This document shows positions 1 to 7,392 of a DNA stretch of 11,330 bases, piece by piece (position 1 is the stretch's first letter; the number at the start of each line of letters is the position of its first letter). The translations under genes and the position numbers were made by a program. Origin of the DNA: Draconibacterium orientale (lineage in GTDB: Bacteria > Bacteroidota > Bacteroidia > Bacteroidales > JAADGE01); NCBI GenBank assembly GCA_022729995.1, contig DZBS01000103.1, positions 1 through 11,330 of the forward strand, in the 5' to 3' direction. A model generated the notes under the pieces. It saw only the letters and a program-made list of their open reading frames with translations, was not told the origin of the DNA and ran no database searches.

Positions 1-383
1 AGTCCGATTATCTCACCGTTTTTATTTTTTTTAATTGCATTGTGCCATAGAATAATTTTTTTGCTTCCGGATTTTGTCAATATAGGATTTTCATAATATT
101 CTACTTCTTTATTTTCTCCTTTAAACAATTTTTCGGCAGTTTTAGTAACATTTTCTTTTTCTTCTTCAGGAATAAAATTCTCGAACCAATTTTTTCCTAT
201 AATTTCATTTTCATTGTATTCTAAAATATCGCAAACTTTCTTATTTATGAGTGTAACTATCCCGGACTTATTTATTTCTATAAACATTACTCCGGCAATA
301 TCGAAAAACGGGAGTTTGTCCTTTTTTGTTCCGATATTTCTTAAAGAATTATCGGATTTGTCAGATGAATAATTCGGATTCAT
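1..383 (-). CDS. PAS-domain protein, N-terminal 127 codons; the C-terminus lies beyond the window start. Probably a further signalling protein downstream of the hybrid kinase.
   Basis: Open reading frame on the minus strand from the ATG at 383-381 to the window edge with no stop, translated by hand. It starts MNPNYSSDKSDNSLRNIGTKKDKLPFFDIAGVMFIEINKSGIVTLINKKVCDILEYNENEIIGKNWFENFIPEEEKENV... and continues ...ILWHNAIKKNKNGEIIG, which is a typical PAS fold. It begins 36 bp after the stop of the upstream kinase on the same strand. The ORF track omits it because it is truncated. Confidence 0.6.
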   Translation of the reverse strand, partial: MNPNYSSDKSDNSLRNIGTKKDKLPFFDIAGVMFIEINKSGIVTLINKKVCDILEYNENEIIGKNWFENFIPEEEKENVTKTAEKLFKGENKEVEYYENPILTKSGSKKIILWHNAIKKNKNGEIIG

Positions 384-419
384 AACATTTTTTTTTGGTT
401 TTTTTTGAGCAGATTGTGG

Positions 420-2846
420 TTATAAGTGTTTGTTTATCATTTCACGGAATATTTTTTCGTTAATCGGTTTTGAAATAAAATCGTTACATCCGGCATTTAA
501 TGCTTCTTCAATATCTTTTTTCATTGTGTATGCCGATTGTGCAATTATCGGAATTTCGGCATTTTTTTTTCTTAGTTTTTTTGTTGCTTCAATTCCGCTC
601 ATTATCGGCAGTTTTAAATCCATTAGTATCAATTCAATATTTTTTGTTTTATCGAAAATTTCTAATGCTTCATTTCCGTTTTTTGCGTGATATATATCAA
701 AAAGAAAATCTTTTTCTTCTACTAAAAGTGTTTCCAAATATAAAAAATTTATTTCGTCGTCTTCAACAATTAAAATTTTGTGTTTTCTCTTTTGAGTTTC
801 AAAATTTTCGGTTTCTTTTTGTAATGAATTATCAATAATAGGCTTATATGGAATTGTGAAAAAGAATGTTGAACCTTTTCCTTTTTCTGATTCAACCCAA
901 ATTTTTCCGCCTAATAGTTTGGCATTTTCTTTGGCTATTGAAAGTCCGAGTCCTAAACCTCCTACATTTTTTGAAAGTTCTTTTTCTTCTTGAGAAAATC
1001 TATCAAAAATTGTTCGATGTTTGTCTTTAGCAATTCCAATTCCTGTGTCTTTTATATAGAATTCTAATTTATTTTTTTTATTTTTTAATTTATAACCAAA
1101 TTCTATATAGCCTTCGTGTGTGAATTTTATGGCGTTTTCAATCAAATTGCTTATAATTTTTATTATTTTACTTTCGTCTGTAATTATTCTGCATTTTTCA
1201 TCTGAAAGACCGTTTTTGACATATAATTCAAGGTTTCTTTCTTTTACTATTGAACGGAAAATGTGAAATAAATCGAATAATGTGCTGTTGATACAAATTT
1301 TATTATTAATTATTGAAATTTGTTTTGTTTCGAGCCTCGATATTTCCAAAATATCGTCAACAATTCTCATTAATTGATTTCCGCAGCTTATTATAATATT
1401 TGTATATTGTTGTTTTTTTTCTTCCGGTTTATCCGAATTTTTAAGCAATTTTGAAAATCCCAAAATTCCGTTCATCGGTGTTCTTATTTCGTGCGACATG
1501 TTTTGCAAAAACTCTGTTTTTAGTTTGTCGCTTTCTTGTGCTTTATCTTTGGCTTTTATTAATTCGGTGTTCAAATCTTTTAATTCGTCGGCAGATGCTA
1601 AGAGTTCTTCGTTAACAGTTGCATATTCTTCATTTTGTGTTTTTAATTTTATTTCATTTTTTTTAAGTTCGGTAATATCATGATAAATTGTTAATTTTGA
1701 GTTGTTTTCAAGAAGAATTGCCGAAATTAAATAATTCTTTTTCTCCCTTTTTACTTCTAATGTAATTTTTGTTTTTTCGTTTTTAAGCTTATCAAAATAG
1801 CACCAACTGCAAGGCGAATCTTGATTAAAAATTGCTTTATAACATTTCTCGCCAATTGCATTTCGTCCAATTTCTTTTATCATTGACGGGTTAAGATATG
1901 TTATATCAAAATCGGGCGAGCATTTGTAAATTGAATCGTCAAATGCGTTAAGTATATTTGTTAATTTTTGATGTTCTTCAATAAGTTTATTTTCTGCATC
2001 TTTCTGCTTGCTATTGTCTTTTGTCATCAGCAAAAGATGTTTTTCGTTTAAAAGTGTTATTGGTGTTAAAATTATTTCTAAATTAATTTTTTTACCGAAT
2101 GAAGAACCTGTATTCAGTTCAATTTTATTTATTTTATTTTCTTTTATTGTTGTCAATGCAATTTCTAAAAGTCCGGTTTCTTTCCACGATTTTAATTTAA
2201 AATAATTTTGTGTTTGAATAGATTCTTTTGTTCCTCCAATCATAAAAGCTATTGATTCGTTTGCTTGAATACAATCTCCTTTTGAATTGAAAATAGATAT
2301 TCCGATTGGCGAATTTGCTATAATTGCATTGTTTATTTCTGTAAGAATTTGTGATTTTTCTTCATTTTTCTTCCATTCCGTAATATCTTCAATATGAATT
2401 ATATATTCATATTTTTTTAATAGATTGTTCATTATTGGAGTTATCCATAGTTTTAAATAAGAGATTCCGGATTTTGTGGTTTTATAAAGTTTATGTTTTT
2501 TTACCAATTCAAAGTCAAAAACTGTTTCGTAATTATAAGGAATACCTTTTTTAATTGTTTCTTTTACTTCATCGCTAATATTAGGATTTTCAAATAGTTC
2601 AAAATCTTTTATTTCTTCAAAATTTGTAATTCCGAAAATCTCTAAACATTTTGAATTTACGTCTACCAATTTACCTTGTTCGTTGTAATGTTCTAATGCA
2701 AAAGGCGATTCGTCAAAAATACAACTGTGGCGTTTTGGTTGTGAATTTTGATATATATTATTATTGAAATTTGTGAGAAAAACTAATTTCTCTTTTAATT
2801 CAGCAAGTTCATTTTCTAATTCTTGATACGAAGGTTTAGTGTTCAT
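420..2846 (-). CDS. Hybrid sensor histidine kinase/response regulator: multi-PAS, coiled coil, HisKA, HATPase_c and C-terminal receiver domain. No predicted transmembrane helix, so it is cytoplasmic.
   Basis: The 808-aa ORF starts at an ATG. The H-box is SHEIRTPMNGILGF, the N-box NLIENAIKFT, G1 IKDTGIGI and G2 GGLGLGLSIAKE. The receiver domain shows KILIVEDDEINFLYL, LILMDLKLP and ISKPI. Several PAS-like segments precede the kinase core, one carrying the GxxCY...PCxxC motif (GEKCYKAIFNQDSPCSWCY). The N-terminus is hydrophilic with a coiled coil (ELENELAELKEKL). Confidence 0.9.
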   Translation of the reverse strand: MNTKPSYQELENELAELKEKLVFLTNFNNNIYQNSQPKRHSCIFDESPFALEHYNEQGKLVDVNSKCLEIFGITNFEEIKDFELFENPNISDEVKETIKKGIPYNYETVFDFELVKKHKLYKTTKSGISYLKLWITPIMNNLLKKYEYIIHIEDITEWKKNEEKSQILTEINNAIIANSPIGISIFNSKGDCIQANESIAFMIGGTKESIQTQNYFKLKSWKETGLLEIALTTIKENKINKIELNTGSSFGKKINLEIILTPITLLNEKHLLLMTKDNSKQKDAENKLIEEHQKLTNILNAFDDSIYKCSPDFDITYLNPSMIKEIGRNAIGEKCYKAIFNQDSPCSWCYFDKLKNEKTKITLEVKREKKNYLISAILLENNSKLTIYHDITELKKNEIKLKTQNEEYATVNEELLASADELKDLNTELIKAKDKAQESDKLKTEFLQNMSHEIRTPMNGILGFSKLLKNSDKPEEKKQQYTNIIISCGNQLMRIVDDILEISRLETKQISIINNKICINSTLFDLFHIFRSIVKERNLELYVKNGLSDEKCRIITDESKIIKIISNLIENAIKFTHEGYIEFGYKLKNKKNKLEFYIKDTGIGIAKDKHRTIFDRFSQEEKELSKNVGGLGLGLSIAKENAKLLGGKIWVESEKGKGSTFFFTIPYKPIIDNSLQKETENFETQKRKHKILIVEDDEINFLYLETLLVEEKDFLFDIYHAKNGNEALEIFDKTKNIELILMDLKLPIMSGIEATKKLRKKNAEIPIIAQSAYTMKKDIEEALNAGCNDFISKPINEKIFREMINKHL

Positions 2847-2962
2847 TTTTTTTTAGGAAATTAATTTTACTGTTTTAAATTATAAATATAATGATTTTTT
2901 TTGGAATCAGGCATTTTGCACTAATTTCATTGAATTAGTCATTTAAGAAACACATACAATTA

Positions 2963-3784
2963 TTAATTCTCGTTTTGAACTTTTACATTCGACTGAAATT
3001 CCCAAATTCCTTTTTCAAAAAATAATCCGTCGTAAGAAAAATCAGGTCCGTAATATTGAAATTGTCCTTTAAGTTCCGGACGAGAAGGCGAGAGGTGATC
3101 CCAAATAATCATTTTGTAGAATTCATCATATTTTAGAAGCATTTTAGCTTGTTCCGAATATTCAAAAATTATTCGCGAAACAGTTTTGTTTTCTAAATTG
3201 AAAATTTGTTTTCCGAAAACGGGAGAGTTTTCTTCATCAAAATATAAAACATCAATAATTTTTTTGTTTGTAAAATTGTTGTTGCCGTCCCAAGCCAAAA
3301 GAATGTAATCGGGATTTTTCTTGCTTCCGGTTTCTAAAATTTTATAATATAATGCACCAAACCAATTTTCGGGATTTAAAGATTTTGATTCGGGGTTTGA
3401 AATTTTGTCCGAATTGTCTTTCAGTTCCGATATTTTGTAGGTTTTACCTTTTTTATCGAAATATTGAATAAAACCAAAGTATTTAAAATCGCCTTTTTGG
3501 TATGACAAATTCCAATTAAAAATTTTTAGTTTTTCGTCTTCGCTTTGTAGAATAGAAACGTTTTGAAGTTTTGAAAATTTATATTCAAAAGAGTTTTCAT
3601 TTTCCAAAAATGTTTTGAAATTTAAAACTATAATTTTATTTATCGAGTCTTTTGAAATATCGATTTTTGCAAATTTTAGTTTTTCAAACAAGTTTTGCAA
3701 ATTTTGTTCTTCATTTTCCAACGTTTGCGAAAATGTTACAGAGAATGAAATTATCAGAATAAATATAAAAAATAGTTTTTTCAT
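2963..3784 (-). CDS. Hypothetical secreted protein of 273 aa with an N-terminal signal peptide.
   Basis: ATG start. The N-terminus MKKLFFIFILIISFSVTFSQ is a classic signal peptide. The rest is Asn/Lys/Phe-rich with no recognisable catalytic motif. Coding is uninterrupted in a single frame. Confidence 0.65.
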   Translation of the reverse strand: MKKLFFIFILIISFSVTFSQTLENEEQNLQNLFEKLKFAKIDISKDSINKIIVLNFKTFLENENSFEYKFSKLQNVSILQSEDEKLKIFNWNLSYQKGDFKYFGFIQYFDKKGKTYKISELKDNSDKISNPESKSLNPENWFGALYYKILETGSKKNPDYILLAWDGNNNFTNKKIIDVLYFDEENSPVFGKQIFNLENKTVSRIIFEYSEQAKMLLKYDEFYKMIIWDHLSPSRPELKGQFQYYGPDFSYDGLFFEKGIWEFQSNVKVQNEN

Positions 3785-3889
3785 ATTGAATAATTTAGTA
3801 TTTAACTTTTTTAATTAGCATTTAAGAAATATATATAATTCTATATTGGCTTTTGGCAATTGCTTTTTGAATAATAAAATATTCGATTA

Positions 3890-4177
3890 AAAGTCTCGTA
3901 GAGACGATATTATGGTAGAAAAAGCTTGCCGAGAAAATCAAAAACCACGTAGTGGTGACATTAATTATCTTAGTAAAAATCAAATAAATATTTTACATCA
4001 TAAAAATCAATTTCAAATTTTCTAATCAATTCATTTACTATTTTTAAATAAATAATGTCGACTCTACGAGACTTTAAACTGATATTTCATATTTTCTACC
4101 ATAATATCGTCTCTACGAGACTTTAAAACTGTGATGTCATATTTTCTACCATAATGTCGTCTCTACAAGACTTTAAA
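3890..4177. repeat. Intergenic repeat array. A ~36-bp unit, TTTTCTACCATAATRTCGTCTCTACGAGACTTTAAA, occurs as three direct copies with an exact 50-bp period and one inverted copy.
   Basis: The direct copies are A (partial) at 4051-4077, B at 4092-4127 and C at 4142-4177. The inverted copy at 3890-3922 is the reverse complement of B's 33-nt core. Each unit contains a small hairpin, GTCTC-tac-GAGAC. Copy starts fall at 4051, 4101 and 4151. Confidence 0.7.
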
Positions 4178-4361
4178 TCGATTTTAAAAATTTATAATAT
4201 TCATATTTATTTCTTAAATAACTAAATTAATTAACATATTTTCATGCTTTTAGCTTGAATTGTTTGACAAATTTTTGTATGTTTAAATTAGATAAATTAA
4301 AATTGCCAAAATTCAATTTTTTTAATATTGATTTTCGGCAATTGATGAATTGAAATAATTT

Positions 4362-4790
4362 TTATTGCAATTTTTTGGAAATATTTGCAATTGTAAAAGT
4401 TCCTGTTACGTTCACAATGTTTTCTTCTTCAGCAGTATATGTCCAAACAATTTTTTCATAAGTTGCCGAAATTTCTCCTGTTCCCTGAATAATTGTATTA
4501 CCAATTGTTTGAGTAGGTATTTCTAACGAATTTGTTGAATATACAATTGCATAAGCAGTTATATCATTTCCCAAATTATGAAAATTGGAGATTAATATTT
4601 TTGTTTCGTCCGAAGCATCTTTTGTAATTGTTGCTTTAAAATCTAAAGTGAAATTTCCGTCGTTTTCGGTAACATCCCATTCTCTTGAAATTTCTGCACG
4701 CAAATCTGTTACAGGCGGTGTTGGTTCATCGATACACGAAAAAAATGTGGTCGATATAAATAATAATGCTAAAAGTTTTAGTGTGTTCAT
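4362..4790 (-). CDS. Small hypothetical lipoprotein of ~143 aa.
   Basis: The first in-frame ATG, at 4790, gives MNTLKLLALLFISTTFFSCIDEP. This is a signal peptide with a lipobox-like FFSC, followed by a Thr/Ile-rich, probably beta-rich domain. The ORF-track extension to 4853 relies on a TTG start and adds 21 hydrophilic residues in front of the signal peptide, so the ATG at 4790 is preferred. Confidence 0.6.
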   Translation of the reverse strand: MNTLKLLALLFISTTFFSCIDEPTPPVTDLRAEISREWDVTENDGNFTLDFKATITKDASDETKILISNFHNLGNDITAYAIVYSTNSLEIPTQTIGNTIIQGTGEISATYEKIVWTYTAEEENIVNVTGTFTIANISKKLQ

Positions 4791-4867
4791 TTGTTTTAAA
4801 TTTAAGGTTTTTATGAATAACGATTTTTTTGGTTTTAAAATTTCATTTTTCAAATATATTATAAGTT

Positions 4868-5707
4868 TTATTTGAAAACAAGAATTGAAGCATAATCTAC
4901 AACTTTGTCGGAATTATTTATTTCGCCTGAATTTCCGAATTTTAACAATTTTGCTTTCGGATTTTTGCTTTTAAGTTTTGAATATTCCAAAATTGTTGCA
5001 ACAGGTCCAAATCCGCACATTGTAATTCGTTTGCTTTTGACGGTTTGAATCAATAGTTCAGGGTTTATTTCTTCAATATATTTTATAATTTCCATATCGG
5101 CATTTTTACCTGTTTCGGCATTCACATAATGCGAAAAATCTGTTGAAGCAATCACAATTATTTTCCGGTTCAATTTATTTTCAATTTCAAATATTTTATT
5201 CGCTATAATTTTAGCATTTTCAATATTTTGAACCGACATTGTTATTGGCAAAATTTTAAAATCGAATTTAAAAAAATGTTGTAAAAAGGGCAACATTACT
5301 TCTCCGGAATGCTCTTTTATATGAGCTTCGGGCGAAATAGAAAAATTTGTTAAGTCGGAAAATTCTTTATCAATTTCAATATTCCCGAAAGGAGTTTCCC
5401 AAAAATTATTATTATCCAAACTTATTGGTTTTCCGTAGCCTGTGTGATTTGGATTTATTATAATTACGGTGTCGAATTTTTGTTTAGATAATTTTAAAAT
5501 TTCAAAAAAATGAATTGCCTGATATGCTGAATAAATATAACCTGCATGCGGAACAATTCCGCCGATTATTTCTTTTCCGGATAATTTTTTATCAATAAAA
5601 CTTTCTTCTTTTTCCAGAATTTTATTCAATAAATTTTCTATTTCCGATTTTTTATTCGGATAAAAAGTTCCGGAAACAGCCGATTTTCTTGTTGTTGAAG
5701 TGTTCAT
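4868..5707 (-). CDS. AmmeMemoRadiSam system protein B (Memo/MEMO1-like).
   Basis: The family signature is GGIVPHAGYIYSAYQA (PHAGY). Downstream are HSGE and STDFSHY motifs typical of Memo-like proteins. The first in-frame ATG at 5707 gives MNTSTTRKSAVSGTFYP; the track's start at 5737 is a TTG. It lies directly downstream of the cognate radical SAM and AMMECR1 genes. Confidence 0.85.
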   Translation of the reverse strand: MNTSTTRKSAVSGTFYPNKKSEIENLLNKILEKEESFIDKKLSGKEIIGGIVPHAGYIYSAYQAIHFFEILKLSKQKFDTVIIINPNHTGYGKPISLDNNNFWETPFGNIEIDKEFSDLTNFSISPEAHIKEHSGEVMLPFLQHFFKFDFKILPITMSVQNIENAKIIANKIFEIENKLNRKIIVIASTDFSHYVNAETGKNADMEIIKYIEEINPELLIQTVKSKRITMCGFGPVATILEYSKLKSKNPKAKLLKFGNSGEINNSDKVVDYASILVFK

Positions 5708-5768
5708 GTCAAATTTTATAATATTACATAAAAGCAATAATTTTTTTTATTGGGGTTTTAAACTTTAA

Positions 5769-5847
5769 AGACCTGACAGGTTTCAATAGTTTATTTGAAC
5801 TTGTTTTTTTCAAATATTTGTTTTTAAATTTAAAACCTGTCAGGTCT
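5769..5847. promoter_or_regulatory. Perfect 15-bp inverted repeat, AGACCTGACAGGTTT (5769-5783) and AAACCTGTCAGGTCT (5833-5847), with a 49-nt AT-rich spacer. It sits between the radical SAM stop and the Memo start. It could be an intra-operon hairpin, a partial terminator or an operator.
   Basis: The two arms are exact reverse complements, read directly from the sequence. They are the only GC-containing 15-mers in an otherwise AT-rich 117-bp gap. Confidence 0.5.
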
Positions 5848-5854
5848 GTTCCTT

Positions 5855-6865
5855 TTACATTATTATATTTTCAATTTTAGATAAGCATTTATTACATTTA
5901 TTTAAATCAATCCCAATTATTTTAGTTTGAAAACCGTTTCTTTCAATAAGTTTATTTCCGCAAAATTTGCAATATGTATTTTGATTTGAAGAGTGAGTAA
6001 CGTTGCCTTCGTAAACATATTTTAATTTGGATTTTGCAATGTCGAATAACTTATTTATTAATTTCGAGTTTGTTGCAGGAATCTGACTTTTAAATTTTGG
6101 AAAATATGCCGAAATGTGTAATATTATTGAATCGCCGCCAATTTCATTCAAATAATTTATCATATTTATAAAATCGTTTTCATTATCGTTCAATCCCTGA
6201 ATTATAAGATTTGTAATTTCAAGATGTTTGCCCGATAAAATTATTTTTTCGATTGTTTTCTTTACAAATCTTAAATTCGATTGTGTTTGTTTTATATAGA
6301 AATCTTCGGTAAATGCTTTCAAATCAATATTAAAAGCATCAATATAATTAATAATTTTATCTAAAGGTTCAGAATTAATGTATCCGTTTGAAACCATAAT
6401 GTTTTTCAAATTATTTTCTTTTGCAAGAATAGCAGTTTCATACATAAACTCATAAAAAATTACAGGTTCGTTGTATGTATAAGCTATTCCGATATTATTT
6501 TTTGCGATAATTGCTTTTTCAATAATTTTTGCCGATGAAGTTTTATTCAGAAAAGAAAAGTCGTTAATACCGTTTTGTGAAATTCCGTGATTTTGACAAA
6601 AATTGCATTTTAAATTACAACCAAAACTTCCTAAAGAAAGAATGTTTTTTCCCGGATAAAAATGATAAAGCGGTTTTTTCTCAATCGGGTCGAGATTTAG
6701 AGCAGTTACGATTCCATAATTTTCCGAAAATAATTTCCCTTCAATATTTTTTCTTACTAAACAAATACCTGTTTGTCCGACTTTTAGTTTACATAAATGA
6801 GGACAAAGTGTGCATTGCACTCTCAAATTATTTTTAGAAATATAAAAATCGGTTTCTTTTAGCAT
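5855..6865 (-). CDS. AmmeMemoRadiSam system radical SAM enzyme (pyruvate formate-lyase activating enzyme-like).
   Basis: The canonical radical SAM motif CNLKCNFC (CxxxCxxC) is preceded by an N-terminal CTLCPHLC cluster. The ATG at 6865 gives MLKETDFY. The track's start at 6871 is a TTG, which would overlap the upstream AMMECR1 TGA stop (6868-6870) by 2 nt. Either way it is translationally coupled to the AMMECR1 gene. Confidence 0.85.
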   Translation of the reverse strand: MLKETDFYISKNNLRVQCTLCPHLCKLKVGQTGICLVRKNIEGKLFSENYGIVTALNLDPIEKKPLYHFYPGKNILSLGSFGCNLKCNFCQNHGISQNGINDFSFLNKTSSAKIIEKAIIAKNNIGIAYTYNEPVIFYEFMYETAILAKENNLKNIMVSNGYINSEPLDKIINYIDAFNIDLKAFTEDFYIKQTQSNLRFVKKTIEKIILSGKHLEITNLIIQGLNDNENDFINMINYLNEIGGDSIILHISAYFPKFKSQIPATNSKLINKLFDIAKSKLKYVYEGNVTHSSNQNTYCKFCGNKLIERNGFQTKIIGIDLNKCNKCLSKIENIIM

Positions 6866-6867
6866 TT

Positions 6868-7392
6868 TCAATAATATTTTTGAGTTGTAAATTTTTGAAT
6901 TTTAATATTATCATCAATAATTCCGCCTTTTCTTTTGCAAATTGATATTTGTTGTTCAACAGTGTCAACACCTTCGATATCGGGCAAAAGAACTGCTCTT
7001 CGGAAATTATTTCCGGTTACAATTATTCCGTATTTTTTTGGGTCGAGTTCATCAATTGATTCAATATTTTCAGGATTTTCAAGCACTTCAACAGAAATTA
7101 TAATATTTTCCAATTCACTTTCTTTCAAACTAAAAAATCTGTTGTCGTTTAAAGCAGAAGAAACAGCATTATGAATTATTTCTAACATCAAATTTTTATA
7201 CGAAGGTATTAAAGTTCCAATACATCCGCGTAATTCATTGTTGCTTTTTTTTAAAGTAACAAAACATGCTTTTTTTATTTGTAACTCTTCAGGAACATCA
7301 GCTTTTTCAATTTTTGAAGTTTTTCCTGTTTGAAGTTTTTCTTTTATAGCTTTATATGCAATTTTTGTGTAAATAGATTTTTCGTGAGCCAT
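6868..7392 (-). CDS. AMMECR1-domain protein (AmmeMemoRadiSam system protein A).
   Basis: The AMMECR1 signature is LRGCIGTL, preceded by ACFVTL. The ORF is 174 aa with an ATG start and a TGA stop at 6868-6870. It is the first gene of the three-gene cassette. Confidence 0.85.
   Translation of the reverse strand: MAHEKSIYTKIAYKAIKEKLQTGKTSKIEKADVPEELQIKKACFVTLKKSNNELRGCIGTLIPSYKNLMLEIIHNAVSSALNDNRFFSLKESELENIIISVEVLENPENIESIDELDPKKYGIIVTGNNFRRAVLLPDIEGVDTVEQQISICKRKGGIIDDNIKIQKFTTQKYY

Noticed and set aside
3890-4177. Possible CRISPR array, given repeated ~36-bp units.
   Set aside because: The intervening spacers are only ~14 bp and are themselves partly conserved. One copy is inverted and there are only 3.5 units. 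No cas genes are present. CRISPR arrays have unique spacers of about 26-40 bp and all repeats in one orientation.
4264-4296. A sigma-70-like TTGACA followed by an AT-rich stretch on the plus strand. It could be a promoter.
   Set aside because: No properly spaced -10 hexamer. Bacteroidota-type promoters do not follow the -35/-10 consensus, and there is no downstream plus-strand gene. The nearby shared motif, site 3, is a better candidate signal.
3785-4361. oriC, or a structured ncRNA such as tmRNA, RNase P RNA or SRP RNA, in the long gene-free interval.
   Set aside because: No DnaA-box-like TTATNCACA motifs and no recognisable conserved cores of tmRNA, RNase P or 4.5S RNA. The region is dominated by the repeat units instead.
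4585-4875. A plus-strand 96-aa ORF, and the other plus- or minus-strand ORFs in the track that overlap called genes: 430-690, 500-838, 1498-1683, 2008-2205, 3615-3818, 6577-6837, 6935-7174, 8991-9245, 9275-9463 and 9400-9591.
   Set aside because: All lie antisense to, or in alternative frames of, long well-supported genes. Their products are low-complexity Phe/Ile/Leu/Ser-rich translations typical of AT-rich antisense frames, or, for 9275-9463, an artefact of the flotillin repeat.
4791-5737. ORF-track N-terminal extensions of the lipoprotein (to 4853), Memo (to 5737) and SGNH (to 11050) genes.
   Set aside because: Each extension depends on a TTG start and adds hydrophilic residues ahead of a canonical signal peptide or family N-terminus. 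The first in-frame ATG was used instead. For SGNH the extension would also overlap a terminator hairpin.
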